The notes: generated by a model not told the origin, from the letters alone. Counted from the first letter of the whole stretch, positions 22,724 to 37,384 are shown. The stretch is DNA of 63,903 nucleotides, filler included, from Folioceros fuciformis (GCA_049999805.1; 10 parts of 10 records of this genome joined end to end with filler, not necessarily neighbours in it); one strand, 5' to 3'. A program made the numbers and translations.

Positions 22724-25700
22724 CGGGTACCTTTGCTAGATTAAGGACTCTAAGGAGAGGTAGGAAAGAGGATCTATATTCTTACATAGAGAGGTTCTAT
22801 AGCTACCTAGATAGGGTCCCCAGAAGGTCTGGAGAGCCTGGATGGCAGAGTACACTGGGATATTCGGATGAGCAAGCCTTCGATTGGTTTGCTGGTGGCT
22901 TACTTGAGAAGATGGAGACCTACTGTCGAAGAGGTGTGACAACTTTGGAAGGAGCCATCAAAGCTGCTGAAGACTACGAGATGACGAAGATGAACAAGAG
23001 AAGGAGGAGGCAGTGGGAAGCTAAGAGGCATGGGGGAAGGAGACACTCTAGCCCCAATTCTTCATCCAGATGTACGTCTCCTTCTTTGTTAGATGTGGAA
23101 CTTGAGAGCTATGGGTCAGCTAGGTATTCTGACGAGGAGTCGAACTGTGGTTATGGAAGGAGGATCAAGAAGGATCTGGACAGAGTTCGTAGGAGATGTT
23201 AGGAAGAAGCTGAGAGGTCGGCTGAGAAGGACAGGAGAGGAAAGGGATCTTACAGGATTGAGAGAGTTGTCTTACCTACGGGCGGAAGTGTTGCGGAGGA
23301 CAAGATTGAGGCATTGACCAAGCATTTGGCAGAGATGGAGGTGAAGACTATTCGCAACCAAGCACCAAGGAGATCACCATCTCTTGGAAGGCACGGGGTA
23401 TATTGCTCAATTTGTCAACAAGCAGGACATACCAATGGGGAGTGTGCTAGATCACTGAGACATGCTGTCAATCAGGTGGAAGCTTACATGCCAAGTGACT
23501 ATTGGTATGTGGATGATTCTTACCGAGTGCAGGCTGTGACAGCCCCTGGCTTTCCGCAGTCATTGAGGCCATCTTTCCAACCGACAGCACCTCCTGCAAT
23601 GAGGTATGGGAGACCATCTTCACCCGGATCATGGAGGCCTGATCCATCACAGAGACCTGTAACTATTCCTCTAGGAGGATGTTACAATTGTGGGATGACA
23701 GGTCATTATATAATGGATTGTCAAGAACTGTGCCGATAGATTGGTTTTGTACCATTTTGTCAGATTTGTAAGGACCCAGGACATAGAGCAGGAGATCCTA
23801 GGTGTACGGGGATACCAAAGACAGTACCTTCTAGGACATCAGGAGTAAGGATCACCGAGGCAACCACGGAAGGTGCTACTGTCGGGACAGAACCATCTAT
23901 CCCGATGACAAGTGCACCAGTTCTATCTGTAGAGGCTGAGGAGGCGGTCGAGACTGAATTTGAGATGTACTCAGGGATTGTGGAGGAAGGCTACGCCAGT
24001 GAGTATAGTGATGGTGAGGAAATTTCAGTTGCAAGGGTTGTCACCAAGTCAAAAAGGAGAGAGAAGGAGCGGAAAAAGGGATCTAATTGAAGTAGGAAGG
24101 ACCAGAGGAGGAAGGAAAAGGACAGTCCTCCTTGGGTTGCTGAGACAAGGAGGGCAACATTGGCTGAAAAGGAGAAGAAGAAGGATTTTTTTGTCGGACA
24201 AAACGATCTGTCTGTGGGGCAGAAGGATCTGTATACTGGGAAGGAGTCGGTTCTTACAAACAAAAGTGGGCAAAAGTAGGATACTACAAATTGGAAGGAG
24301 GAAGATCCGACTGAAGAGGATTCGGTCATGACAGGAGAGTCATTGTTTCCTCCTGACATTAGTCAGGAAGTGGCTATGATGTTAGAGGAGGAATTGGACA
24401 GGTTGATGAGGAAGGCTAAGAAGGTTTCATTTTCAGAGCCTTTGGTGACAAGCGTGGTGGAGAGTACTCCTCCGATGGGAGAGCAAACGGAAATAGAAGA
24501 TTGCCAGCAAGAAGGAGGAGGGGAGGTAATCATTCCCCAAGAAGTGGAGACAACCCGAGAGGCTTTGGCCATGAAGGTGGCAGGGTTTGCGGAGGCCCTG
24601 TTAGATCAAGAGTTTGTGGCAACTTCTGTCAGTTAGCCCCAAAACTAGGAAGGTGTTGAAGGAGGCCATTCGAGGGATGCCAGAGTCACTACATGGGAAA
24701 GATGTGAGGTATGTAGTGAATGCAGATGTGGAACTTGTGGATTGTGGCGATCCTGAAATTGAGATAGAGATAGTTGGTTGCTTGGTGCCAGATGTGCCAC
24801 TTGACACAGGGTTGGGAGTAAACCTCATGACGGAAGACACATCTTATAAGTTAGGGTTTACAGAGTTCAGTACTATAAGGGTCTACTTGAGAATGGCAGA
24901 TCAGACCAAAAAGAAGCCGTTGCGAGTGTTGAGAAATGTGCCGACGATAATAGGAGGAATTGCTTTCAGTTTAACCTACATTGTCATGAAACCTATTTCA
25001 AACTTGGGATACAAGGTGTTGTTGGGAAGGCCTTGGTTGTATGGGGGAGGTTGCGTGTTTGATTTTGAGAGGAAGGGTGTAACTTTTAAGTCAGGACAGG
25101 GAGGATCTGCCGGAAAGGTGTTTGTGACCTGGAGTAGGATGCCACATGGAGGGGAGACTGATCCCTATTCTCCAGGGTACACGTCTGGAAGCGGGACTTC
25201 ATCAACAAGTGGTGCTGAAGTTTACAGCAAGTTGGGGACATCTGTCCAGATGGTGCTGACAGATGAGGAGGTCTCTTGTTACCATACTCAACAAGAGTCG
25301 GATGAGAGTTTTGAAGAGGATGAGGTACATAGGGAAGGCTCTGCCTTTTGGAAGGGCAAGGCCTATGATTATGACTTTCCTGACGAGGGGTCAGGAGTAA
25401 GTGTAGCGAGTAGTCTAGGAGGGGGGTATGTGGATCCTAACGTGGTGGAGGATCTAGTGTTGGCAGAAGGGAAACATGTTAAGATATCCAAACACTTGTC
25501 AACAAAGGAGAAGGAGGAACTGAAGGCATTGCTCATAGAGTATATAGATGTTTTTGCCTTCAAGGTGACAGGAATCCCTAAGGAGTTGGGAGTTCACCGG
25601 ATAGATCTGAAGGAGGGTAGCACACCTATCCGGGTAAAGCAATATAGGCTCAACCCCAAATACTCCATGCTAGTGAAAGAGCAGCTAGACCTAGAGGCTG

Positions 25701-26945
25701 GGGTGATCTATCCAGTTCTGACAAGTGAGTGGGTGGCACCTATTGTGGTAGTACCTAAGAAACAACCAGGGAAGGTGAGGGTTTGTCAAGATTTTAGGAA
25801 GCTTAATGAAGCCACCAAGAAGGACCATCAACCACTTCCATTCATGGATAGTGTGTGGGATACGGTCCTTGGCCATGAGATGTATAGCTTCTTAGATGGA
25901 TACTCATGGTACAACCAGATTTCACTAAGGCTAGAGGATAGAGACAAGACTACTTTCACGACAGATTGGGGTACCTTTGCTTATGCCAAGTTGCCATTTG
26001 GGCTACGTAATGCCCCATCAACTTTCCAAAGGATAGTGAATACCATTTTCAAGGACTACCTTAGAAAATTTATGGAGGTCTTTTTGGATGACATTTTGTG
26101 TTTTTGGGAGAAGGGCCCTACATGGGGGACATTTGAGGAGCTGTTTGCAGCGGTTTAGGGACACAAGTTTCAAGCTACAACCAGACAAATGTTTCTTTGG
26201 GATGCTAGAGGGTATACTTTTAGCTCATAGGGTTTTAGCTAGGGGATTGCAAGTGGACATGGAGAAGGTCAGGATAATCTCTCAGTTGGAGGCACCTTGA
26301 ACAGTTCGACAAGTGAGAGCTTTTGTGGGGCTGGTTGGCTACTATAGGAGATTCATTAAGAATTTTGCTAAGAAGGCTGCAATCCTAACGCAGCTAACCA
26401 AGAAGGATGAGGAGTTTGTGTGGATAGATGAGAGGGAGGCAGCATTTCAGGAGTTGAAGGGAAACTTGGTGGAAGTCCCTACCTTAAGGCCACCAGATTG
26501 GGAGAAGCCCTTTCATGTCTATGTGGATGTATCAGCATATGCTATTGGAGCTATCTTGAGTCAACTAGATGACAAGAAGAGGGACCTGCCCATCTTCTAC
26601 GCTAGGAGGCAATTGTCAGATGCTAAGAAGAACTACTCCACCACAGAGAGGGAGGCTCTTAGAATTATCTATTCTTGTAAGAAGTTCAGACATTATCTTT
26701 TGGCTTGCAAGGTGGTGTTCCATGTGGACCATTTCGCCCTCAAGTATTTGGTCAATAAGCCAAATCTGTCAAGAAGGATTGCACGTTGGATGCTACTTTT
26801 ACAGGAGTTTGACTTTGAGGTAGAGACAAGGGCTGGGAAGAAACATGTGAATGCAGACGTCATCTCTCACTTGAAAACGGTGGGATCCATCAGGAAGATG
26901 GATGATAAGTTTCCCGACGAAGGGTTAGTAGCAGCTGTCCAGGAG
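22724..26945 (+). mobile_element. Athila-like Ty3/Gypsy gag-protease-RT-RNase H, truncated before integrase
   Basis: CCHC knuckles, VPLDTGLGVNLM, VCQDFRKLNEATKKDHQPLPF, FLDGYSWYNQI, PFGLRNAPSTFQR, FLDD, NYSTTEREAL, RWMLLLQEFD. Confidence 0.93.
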
Positions 26946-27262
26946 TTAGATGCGAGTGAGAGACAGAGGAACGAGATCTATCAGCTCGACCGGACGAGGC
27001 AGGACAAGAGGGCTTACAGACAGAGAGGTCTAATGGTTTTGGAGAGGGACCACCAGATTTTTGTAAATAAAGCGGAAGCTCTCGTGTACACGAAACAAGT
27101 GCACAAGCAGGAATGAATTTAATTAAGACAAAGTATGCTTAAATACAAAAATGTCCGTGTAANNNNNNNNNNNNNNNNNNNNNNNNNNNNNNNNNNNNNN
27201 NNNNNNTTAATTAATTAANNNNNNNNNNNNNNNNNNNNNNNNNNNNNNNNNNNNNNNNNNNN

Positions 27263-27899
27263 CGGTTGTATAATGTCTGGTAGGATCACAAGGTGTAATG
27301 ACCAGGGTGAAGGGGCTTGCCCCTAGCTCTTGATTGTAAAGGATGTGTCTTTCTCTCGACCTGTCCACTCTTGTTCCTTGCTTGGACAAGTGCTGTAGGC
27401 CGGCCATGTCTCATGGCATCTGGCAAGGTTGTGGGGAGGAGATATCCAAGAGGGGAGTGTGTTCCCTTCTTTCTTTTCTTTGGGGTTAGTCTAGTGCCTC
27501 TTGCCGGGTAGGAGGAGTCAGTAGGGAAGTGTAGAAGGTAATGGTGTCGTTGCTAGTTGCTGGTGTTGGTGCTGGAGTAAGAGAGTGAGTGAAGTGAGTG
27601 AGGGAAGTCGCAGATCTGAGAGGTTAGGGTCGTTGTAGTGACAGGAGTGAGTTTGTGGGCACCGAGAGAGGTGCAGCTAGGCGCCGGACAGCGAGGCCTG
27701 TCCTACGCCTGATAGGAGCTGGAGAGGAGCCCTCGAATCCATCATCGAGTTGATCAAGTCCGACCCTCCATCCACAGCAGCAAGGAACCCCATCGCTCCT
27801 TCGTGGGAACGAAACCCAATGTCTCAACGACAGTGGGATAAGTGTGGCCACTAAAGGTGGAACCCTTTGGCAATCAGTGCCCGGGGTTTTGCCTCCACA
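27263..27899 (-). repeat. LTR terminus, same family as 18245
   Basis: Reverse-complement match ending GGGGTTTTGCCTCCACA. Confidence 0.75.
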
Positions 27900-27941
27900 C
27901 TAGGGTTAAGCAGCTTAGGGTGGAGCATATGGAGGGCATTA

Positions 27942-30900
27942 TGTAAGATCTCTACAGGGGCTACATGGTGAAGGAGAGGAGAAGAGGAGGCAAGAAGAGA
28001 GGAGAAAAGAAAGGTCACACTCTCACAATAGAGTCTCTCAATATACAAGGGAGCTCAAGGGGGTATTTATACCCTCTAGAAGAGCTCCCTAGGAAGCTTC
28101 ACAAGAAGCCCACAAGAAGCTGCGCAAGAAGCTTCCTACAGACTAGCTTAAGCTAATCTAAACTAATGATACTTAACTAGACAATAATCTTAGACTAAAC
28201 ACATTAGTCTAAGCACATTGGGCTTTAATAACCCTACAACTTCCCACTTAAAGGCCAATTTACCTTCATAGGAGAGTAGTCTACCTCATGCCCATGAGTG
28301 TCCAAGCTTGTGCGAATTGCTCCGTAGAGAGCCCCTTGGTAAGAACATCTACAGGGCTCCGATTAGTGTGAACTTTGACAAGCTGTACCCTCTTGTCTTC
28401 CAACACCTCTCAAATGAAGTGATACATCACTTCCACATGTTTGGTCTTCGCATGAAACACTGGATTCTTCGCCAATTGGATAGCACTATGGCTATCACAA
28501 TGCAACACTAGCAGCTCAACCTTGATCCCCAAATCTCCCACTAAACGAGCAAGCCACATGGCTTCCTTGCACGCCTAAATCGCTGCAACATACTTGGCCT
28601 CTGTGGTAGATAGCATTATGCACGATTGCAAACGAGATCGCCATGAGACTGTCCCTCCAATGCACATGAAGACATAACCTGATGTGGACCTCCTTTTGTC
28701 CATATCCCCTGCATAATCAGCATCCGTATATCCCACGACAAATGTATCTTCACTATCAAAACATAAGCACAAAGCTTTCGTACCATTCAAGTACCTCATA
28801 ACTCCTCTCACTGCCTCCCAATGCTTCCTGCCAGGGTTTGACATAAACCTACTAACCACTCCCACTGCAAAGGCAATGTCAGGACGTGTAACAATAATTG
28901 CATACATCAAACTCCCTACAGCTAATGAGTATGGAACCTTCTCCATTTCAACTTTGTCCTCCGTAGAACTTGGGCAATCCTTGCTCGACAATTTCACATA
29001 TGGAGACAACGGAGTACTCAATACCTTCCCCTACTCCATATTGAAACGTTGAAGCACCTTGTTAATGTACTCAGTCTGAGACAAGTAAAGCAAACACTTC
29101 TATCTGTCTCGACGAATACGCATGCTAAGAATATGGCTTGCCTCTCCCAAGTCTATCATGTCAAAGCAAGTATTCAACTTTGACTTCAACGCTGAAATCT
29201 CATCACTGTTAGTCCCCGCAATTAGCATATCATCCACATAGAGGACCAGAATGAGCAAGCTTCCATCCTTAGCTTGCTTCGTATAAAGGCAATGATCCTC
29301 ATCGCTACGTTTGTAGCCTTGAGAAAACATAAATGAGTGGAATTTGAAATACCACTCCCTGATTGCCTGCTTCAAACCATAAAGGCTCTTCTTTAACCTA
29401 CACACCAGACTCTCTTTGCCCTTCTCAATGAAACCCTCTGGTTGCTGCATGTATACCCCTTCTCGGAGATCATCGTGTAGAAATGCTGACTTCACATCCA
29501 TCTGGACAAGTTCCATGTCGTGCTTTGCAANNNNNNNNNNNNNNNNNNNNNNNNNNNNNNNNNNNNNNNNNNNNNNNNNNNNNNNNNNNNNNNNNNNNNN
29601 NNNNNNNNNNNNNNNNNNNNNNNNNNNNNNCAACTAGACCAAGAACACATCGCAAGGTGGTCATTTTGACAACCGGTGAGAAAATCTCATCAAAGTCAAT
29701 ATCTTGCTGCTGCTTAAAACCCTTAGCAACCAATCGTGCCTTGTACTTGGGTTCGCCATAATGGGGTATGTCCTTTATCTTATACACCCGTTTGCATGGC
29801 AACGCCTTCTTGCCCCTAGGCAACCAAACCAACTCCCAAGTTTGGCTCTTGTGGAGTGAATCCATCGGCGACTGCATCGCCTTCTCCCACTTGTCCTTGT
29901 TAGTCACTGACATGGCCTCTTGTAACAAGAGGGCTCGCCACAATCCGTCAGCATGACCTAATCAAGAGATGCAACATACCTGTCAGGAGGACGTGAGATC
30001 CTTCCTGACCTACGAAGCACTGGCTCCTCGACCGGAGCTTGTTGCACTCTCTCCTCTCCTACAAGTGGAGGAACTTGTTCCTGCACATCACGACGTTCAA
30101 CCTGCTCGGGACGGTCAAATCCATCCTCTTGAAAGACCACTCGTCACACCTCCACAGTTGGAGTAGGCTTCTTGTGCATCTTGGCCTCATTGAAGAACAC
30201 GTCATTGCTACGAACCATTTTCTTGGCCTCTGGATCCCATAGACGTTATCCCATCTCACCAGACTCACCATGGCCAAGAAAAATACATTTCTTGGACTTG
30301 GGTGCCAACTTGTCCCGAAACTCCTTCGGAACATGGTAGTATGCCTCGTAGCCAAACACTCGTAGATGCTTGTATGACGGCTTCTTTCCAAACCACATCT
30401 CCTCTGGAACCTGCTCATTCACAGCCCTATTAGGAGATCTATTAATAAGATGCACTGCAGTAACCATTGCTTCTGCCCAAAATCCGTTAGGCAATCCAGA
30501 GTTTGACAACAAACTACGCATCCTCTCGTGGATGGTCCTGTTCATCCGTTCAGCCACACCATTCTAAGGAGGAGTATACGGCGCAATCAATTCTCTCTTT
30601 GATTCTCTTGGAATCACAGAATGATTGGAAACCCTTCGAAACATACTCTCCCCCATTGTCTATCCTTAAACACTTCAGTCGAAGGCTAGACTGATTCTCT
30701 ACAAGGATGACGAATTTCTAAAACACTGTTAGAACATCATCCTTTTTCCTCAAAGGATAAACCCACACCTTGTGTGAGAAATCATCTATGAAAGTGACAA
30801 AATAAGATGCACCACCTAACGATATAGTGGGCATAGGTCCACAAACGTCACTATGAACCAACTCAAGAGGTTTACTTTTGTGTTTACCTCTTGCTCCGTT

Positions 30901-31091
30901 TGTTTTCCATACCAATAGTGCTCACACACGGAGAAATCGGAGAAGTCAAAAGCAGGGGCGTAACCAAAACAAGATAAGATCTTCATTCCTTTTTAAGACA
31001 TATATCCTAACGGACTATGCCACAAGGAAACACTTGGCTGTTCCGTGACACAAATCACATGATCCTTGACAGTGGTTACCTGAAGTGAGTA
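27942..31091 (-). mobile_element. Tnt1/Tork-like Copia: integrase, RT, RNase H, 3' LTR 27942-28238
   Basis: VHSDVCGPM, AERMNRTI, YKARLVAKGF, YVDDML. LTR matches 19822-20088. Confidence 0.95.
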
Positions 31092-31191
31092 NNNNNNNNN
31101 NNNNNNNNNNNNNNNNNNNNNNNNNNNNNNNNNNNTTAATTAATTAANNNNNNNNNNNNNNNNNNNNNNNNNNNNNNNNNNNNNNNNNNNN

Positions 31192-34100
31192 AACATAGTG
31201 ATGTTGAATCTCGATGTGCTTAGTACGGGCGTGAAACATAGGGTTGGAGACTAAGGCGATGGGTGACATATTATCACAGTTAATAATCGTAGGTCCTGCT
31301 TGTTGCATACCTAAGTCTTCGCATAACTTCCTTTCCCACTCTGCCTCCTTTGTAGCTTCTATGAGAGCTTTGTACTCCGATTCCGTGGAGGACAAAGATA
31401 TAGAAGCTTGTTTTCTACAAGACCAATTCACAACTGTGGAGCCGGCAAGGAAGCAATAGGCCGAAAGACTCTTTCGAGTATCTGCATCGGAAGCCCAATC
31501 TGCATTGACATAGCAAGTCAATTGTAGACTCCTTTTGCCAATGGGCTTGTAGCAGAGACCATAGTTAGGAGTACCCTTGAGGTACCGCATAATTCTTTAA
31601 GTGCTACCTAGTGATCCCTTCCTGGGTTCTCAGAGAATTGCGCAACTGCATTAACAGTATTAGATATGTCTGGTCTTGTCCAATTGCTTAGAAACATAAG
31701 GGTATCGACCGCCATACGATAAGGCACACTCTCCATTTCCTTTTTCTCTTTGTCAGACTGTGGACAAGAAGACGAGGAGAGCTTAACACCAACAGCACCT
31801 GGGGTGACAGCTGCTCATGAGTTCTCCAAGTTGAACCTCTTGAGCATCCCGGCTACATATCGACCTTGATGAAGGTAGATAGCTCTAGAGGACCTGTCTT
31901 TATGTACGTGCATCCCAAGAATGTATTTAACTTGACCCAAATCTTTCATTTCAAACTCCTTGCTGAGATCAGCCTTGATTTGGTTAACCAGCTCCACATT
32001 ATTACCGAGGATAACTAAGTCATCCATGTATAACGCTATTAAAACAAGTGAGCTGTCCTTTTGCAGCACATACAAGTTAGTATCTGCTTCGCTTTGCACG
32101 AAGCCAATCTTCTTAAGATAAGAGTCAATTCTCTTGTACCACAGTCGAGGACTTTGTTATAGCCCATAAATAGATCGAAGGAGTTTACACACCTTTTGCG
32201 AGAATCTCTTATCCTGATAATCCTCAGGTTGATCCATGTAGATCTCTTCTTCCAAGTGACCATAGAGGAAAGCTGTACAAACGTCCAGCTGATAGATGTC
32301 CAAGTTAAGTTCTGCACACAAAGCAAGGAGCATCCTTATCGAAGTTGCTTTAACGATAGGGGAGTAGACTTGATCGCCTTGATAGTTGACTCCTTCTTTC
32401 TGACTATAGCCCTTGGTGACTAGCCTCGCTTTATAACGTATGCGGGGCTCAACCTCTTGAAACTTTGTTTTGAGTACCCACTTGCACTTGACAGTTGTCC
32501 TTCCTGGGGGTAGATCCATTAACGTCCAAGTGTTATTCTTGACTAAAGAGTTATACTTATCGTCAACAGCCAATTTCCACTTGTTAGCCTCAGGTCTAGC
32601 ATAGGCTTCATGAAGCGTGAGAGGATCTCCCTCTTAAACAGCAGATTTCATAGCAAAAGAATAGGCAGCTGGATCAAGATCTGTATACCCAGCTTGATTA
32701 AACTCCAAGTCAAATGGCTTCTCATGCCAGAGGTGTCTTGGGAGTCGCTGACGCGTAGGGTATCTACGCTCAGGAACAACAACTTTAGGTCTTGGGGGTG
32801 ATGGGGTTGGTAGAGGAGTATCTGGGGCCGCACCAACATGTATGTCCCCAAAATCCAAAGGCATTTGTCCTTGTGCATCATCCATGGGCCGATCATCTTT
32901 CCCCTCTCGAGCAGGACCCGGAGGAACCGGAACTGCTTGAGGTAAAGGAGCCATGGTGGGAACAACACTATCAGGAAAAGACGAAGGGCTTAAATCAAAG
33001 TGAACAGAAAGGCCATCAATAGAGCGGGGAATGGTGGAGATAGAAGCAGGAGCATCATCCTCATCCAAGAGTGGATCGGAGGAGAGGATGCTAGCCTCAT
33101 CAAAAGTGACAGTCCGAGCATAAATAGGAGTCCGAGTAGCCATGTTAAGCAACTTGTATGCCTTGCAATCCTCCCCATAACCCACAAAAACCAACTTCCG
33201 CGCTCGGGGAGAAAGCTTATTGCCGAGTGGGGAGGGAACATAAGCATAAGCAGGAGATCCAAAGATGCGCAAATGGGCGATCAAAGGCTTGTACCCATGC
33301 CAACACTCAAAGGGAGTACGGCCCACCAAGGACTTAGTAAGTAACCTGTTCTTGATGTAGATGGCCGTAGAGACTGCCTCAGCCCAGAAAGACTTAGGCA
33401 AGCAAGACTAGGCTAGCATAGCCCACGCCATGGCCATAAGGTTGCCATTGGCCTTCTCAGCAACACCGTTCTGAGCAGAAGTGTAGGGAACCGTGAATTG
33501 TCGCAAGATCCCTCGCTCCTCACAGTAGGCTTTGAACTTATGGTTGTTGAGTTCTCCAGCATTGTCGGATCTAATGCACCGCAGCTTGCAACCAGTGTGC
33601 AACTCGGCCATAGAAACAAAAGGGGAGAACACAGCAAAGGAGTCACTCTTGAGACGAAGGGGGTACGCAAATGAGTAGCGGGAATAATCGTCCACTATCG
33701 TCATAAAATGGCGTGCTCCGCCTAGAAAAGTAACAGGGAGAGGTCCACACAAGTCTACGTGAATTACCTCCAAAGGTTGAGAAGCTCTATGAGCAGGAAG
33801 ACTAGAGTAGGGAGAGCTCCGCTGCTTGGCGAGCACACACGCTTCACAAAGAGGTGGTGTCTTAGCCAAGGAGGGCAACTTATCTCGATACAAGTCCTGC
33901 TGTGTCATGACAAGGAGCTTGGCATGATTGAGGTGCCCAAGGCGACAGTGCTAGAGGTGAGCATTCCCTGATGGAGGAAGCCCTGGTGGTGTGGCAACCT
34001 TAGAAGATTCTACTACGGTTGGAAGTGAAGGGGTTACAGGGGTGCCTGTGAAAATGTAGAGATCACTCCCGAGCTGCCCTCTGGCTACAGGTTGCCTTGG

Positions 34101-35473
34101 CTGAGAGGAACGATAGAGGAAGCAATCCTCACGACCAAACTCCAGCCGAAAATCTCCATTAACCAAAAGTTGGCGAACGGATATCAAATTCTTAGCCATC
34201 TGTGGGACATGGAGCACGCTGTTTAGCACAAGGGAGGAACCATCCTCCAGTGTGAACGTCACGGAACCAACTCCAGCAATAGCAAGGCCAGAGTCATCGC
34301 CCAACAGCACAAAACGTTGAGTGCCCGTTGTCGCCGTGTACGCTGTAAACATGTGCTTGGAGCTGCAGATATGGGCTGTGGCCGCGGAGTCCAGCAACTT
34401 AGAGGTCCTGAACTCGGAAGCAACCAAGCACACAATTAGGGCAATCGCAGACTTGGACGGGTTCTTGGCCTTGGAGACGACAGCTGTATTGGAAGTCTTG
34501 ATCTCTCGCTTGGCCTCACCGGCTTGCTTCTTCCTGCACTCCCGTTCCCAAGGACCGGGTGATAGACACCAGTTGCACGTCCCTTGACGTTTTGCAGGCT
34601 TAGAGGAAGAAGGGGCAGAAGAAGCAGCCTTTGATGTGCCGGAGTTGATGTTTCGCCAGGGGTTAGGTCCTCTCTTCATTTGTTGATTTTGTGACCGTCC
34701 TCGTGTCACAAACATCACTCGGTCACCACCATGTTTAGAGGTGCCGGAGTTGAAGCGAGATGCCTCCTCCTGAAGGAGTGCGCCAGCCAGCTCGGACACA
34801 GTGCGGGTGGATTGACCTCTAGCCACCACTGCTCGTTGTGAAGTCCGGACCGACTGGTTTTGTGAAGAGACGNNNNNNNNNNTGCTCGTTGTGAAGTCCG
34901 GACCGACTGGTTTTGTGAAGAGACGAACGATTGATAACTAGCCGCAAGGCTAGCAAGAAGCTGGACAGCAGCATCAAATTCAGACATGGTGGTCCCGAGT
35001 GCAGCCAATTGTGCCCAAAGGTACCTAAATCGGCTCACATGATGGGCAATACTATCACCTTGTTGCATCCGAAGGGTGTAAAACTCTTGTCGGACGGTGA
35101 CTAAGGTCATGACATTTGTTGACTGATAGATGTCATTGATCTGCTTCCAGGCCTCTGTTGAAGTAGTCGCACCATCGGTGTGATGCAAGGTGGTTTTGTC
35201 AAGGCCAGAAACCAGCATTTGCATGGCTTGACGATCCAGCTTAAGCTAGGCATCAACCGCCGATTGAGGTGCAGTGGGCTTAGGGGAAACACCCTCCACC
35301 AAAGGAAGAAGATCGCGCGTGTTGAGAGCTGTCTTCATCCTTCGAGACCAAATCTCATATTTGGTCCCGTTAAACCTGTCTATCTCTTTAAAATTAGTAG
35401 AGACGTTCATTACATTGATTACAGGAGCCGGGGTTGGCGGAGGTAGCGGTAGTGTGGGTGTTCCCCCTGACAT
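31192..35473 (-). mobile_element. Copia element B (CNWC lineage), near-complete degenerate gag-pol
   Basis: DRFNGTKYEIWSRR, CNWCLSPGPWERECRKK, LDSAATAHI, IHVDLCGP, RSDNAGE, YKARLVTKGY, YMDD, KHIEIQHHY. Confidence 0.95.
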
Positions 35474-35603
35474 GGTCAAATCCTTAGCTCCACAATTGTG
35501 TAAGCGAGCAGCGTGTTGTGACACAAGGCTCAGAAAACACAAACGTAGTGAGAGCAAAAATTTTTCCAGGAGAGTTCAACACTATCACACTCACACCAAC
35601 CAC

Positions 35604-37020
35604 CTACAACTCATCGATGGGTTCCTGTGCTCCAATGTTATTTTCCGGTACTCTCGCCCTATCAAAGCTTGACTCTATGCACCGAACAGTTTCAGCAACT
35701 TTCACTAAATTAGTGCTGATGTGAGTGATCGACTGCCAAAGATTTTGATAATGGAGAGAGCGTTGCTCAGTAGCAGAAGCTTGGGCCTGGGCTTCATTGT
35801 ACTTGAACTCCTTGTAGGCAGCCTTCAGAGTCTCGTAAGCTGGAGAGGACGATCTTGGTTCCTCCTTGACAGCTAAGAGAGCGGGTGTTGTCGATGTCCC
35901 TAGGTTGAAATCGTGTGTTGGAGGCACACTACACATAGCCAAAACCGTCAGAGTTTAGACAGATGGGCACCAAGATCGCCATTGTTATCTGCTGGAAAAG
36001 AGCCCAAAATAGAATTAGGTGGATTTTGTAAAATAGAGCCAGACACCCCGTTGGAGGTGACAAGAGTCCCGCCCATTCATGGAGGAACCACGCCGTTCCG
36101 ATGAACGGGCATCCCGCAAGCCAGTAGCGACGGTAGCCCGTCACAGGCCCCGTTTTGCGAACGGATGCCCGGTTAGTTAGAGTCGGTGGCTGCACTTCGA
36201 GAGGCACTGCCTCGCGAACGGGCGCCCAACTAATAAGCACCGATTTGCGAGCAGGCGCCCAACTAATGGGCACCGCTTCGCGAGCGGGTGCCCAATTAAT
36301 GGGCACCGATTTGCGAGGGGTCCCACCCCCGCGAGCGGTTGCCCCGATTAAGTTGGGCAGCGTTTCGCTGGGGGTCGCGACCCCTTGTTTGGGCGCGCCT
36401 CCTGTGGCGCGCGCGCCTGCTTCAATCTCACCGATGGAAACCACCTGGGGCTAGGAATTTGGGCCACCATGCGAATCTCTGCTTCTAACAGATGCGGCGC
36501 CTTGATTGGCTGATGAATTTGGGCGCCTCTCTGTTCCAGATTGCTGCCGAGATGGATGAAAATCAGTGACAATCAGATCGTTGTCGCTCTCCCCCCAGGC
36601 GGAATTTCCAGTAGAATTGAGGCCGTCGGATAGATCTTGCTGGAGGGAAGAACTGGATTCTCCATGGCGCCTTGAGGACGTCCTGCAAGGTGAGGAATTG
36701 TGCTGGGAATCAGTGGAAAAACTAGAACGTCTGAATCTTGCTTGCAATATCCTGTTTTGTCGATTGTGATGACTTGGGGATTGAGCGGGTCCAAATTCTC
36801 GACGATTGACGACCGCATCATGCTGAGGAGTCCACCCTTGGTTATCCAATGCTTGGATTAAGGCGTCCAATAAGTTGTCGCCCAAGGATTGAAAGTGGCG
36901 AGGTGCAAATTGCCATCCGAATCCTCGTGAATTCCTTCGTTGAAGCGATCGCCCTAGAGAACGCTCCACATCGTCACCATAGCGCCGAGAGTGAGCAGCG
37001 TTGCGACGATTTCTTACCAT
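35604..37020 (-). pseudogene. Extra ORF upstream of gag in Copia B (~470 codons, disrupted)
   Basis: 36451-37020 and 35929-36444 share a frame across one TAG. Contains 11-aa repeats and shifts into the helical 35604-35942 tail. Confidence 0.55.
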
Positions 37021-37384
37021 GTTCGGGTGTCGAAGAGAGTGTTGCTTGATTAGGAGAGGAGCTTAGAAAGCCAATGTGTAAGAAAGAGAAAGGCAGAATG
37101 CCTTCCCTAACACTCACACCCATGCTTTTAAGCCTATGAGGAGAACCCTATGAGATCTCCTTTTCCTCCTTTTTTTTAGAAGGTAAAAATGATAAAAATA
37201 GAAAAACACAGATTTCTATTTGTATTCATTTCTTAAAAAAAAAAAGATTATAGGACACTAAAACTAATACTATCAATTATAGTATGATTAGATTTAGTGT
37301 ATGGCTTAGGTAAGCCCAACTACACAGATACATGAAGAACGACGACAAATATATTGTCGTGTCTTACAGCGGTGGCCTTATCAT

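Noticed and set aside
34828-34926. Direct duplications around 10-N gaps (also 18290-18510)
   Set aside because: Likely unmerged contig overlaps, although the 18290 pair differs at several bases.
37123-37321. 5' LTR/PBS of Copia B
   Set aside because: Size and composition fit, but no clean TG start or canonical PBS; not called.
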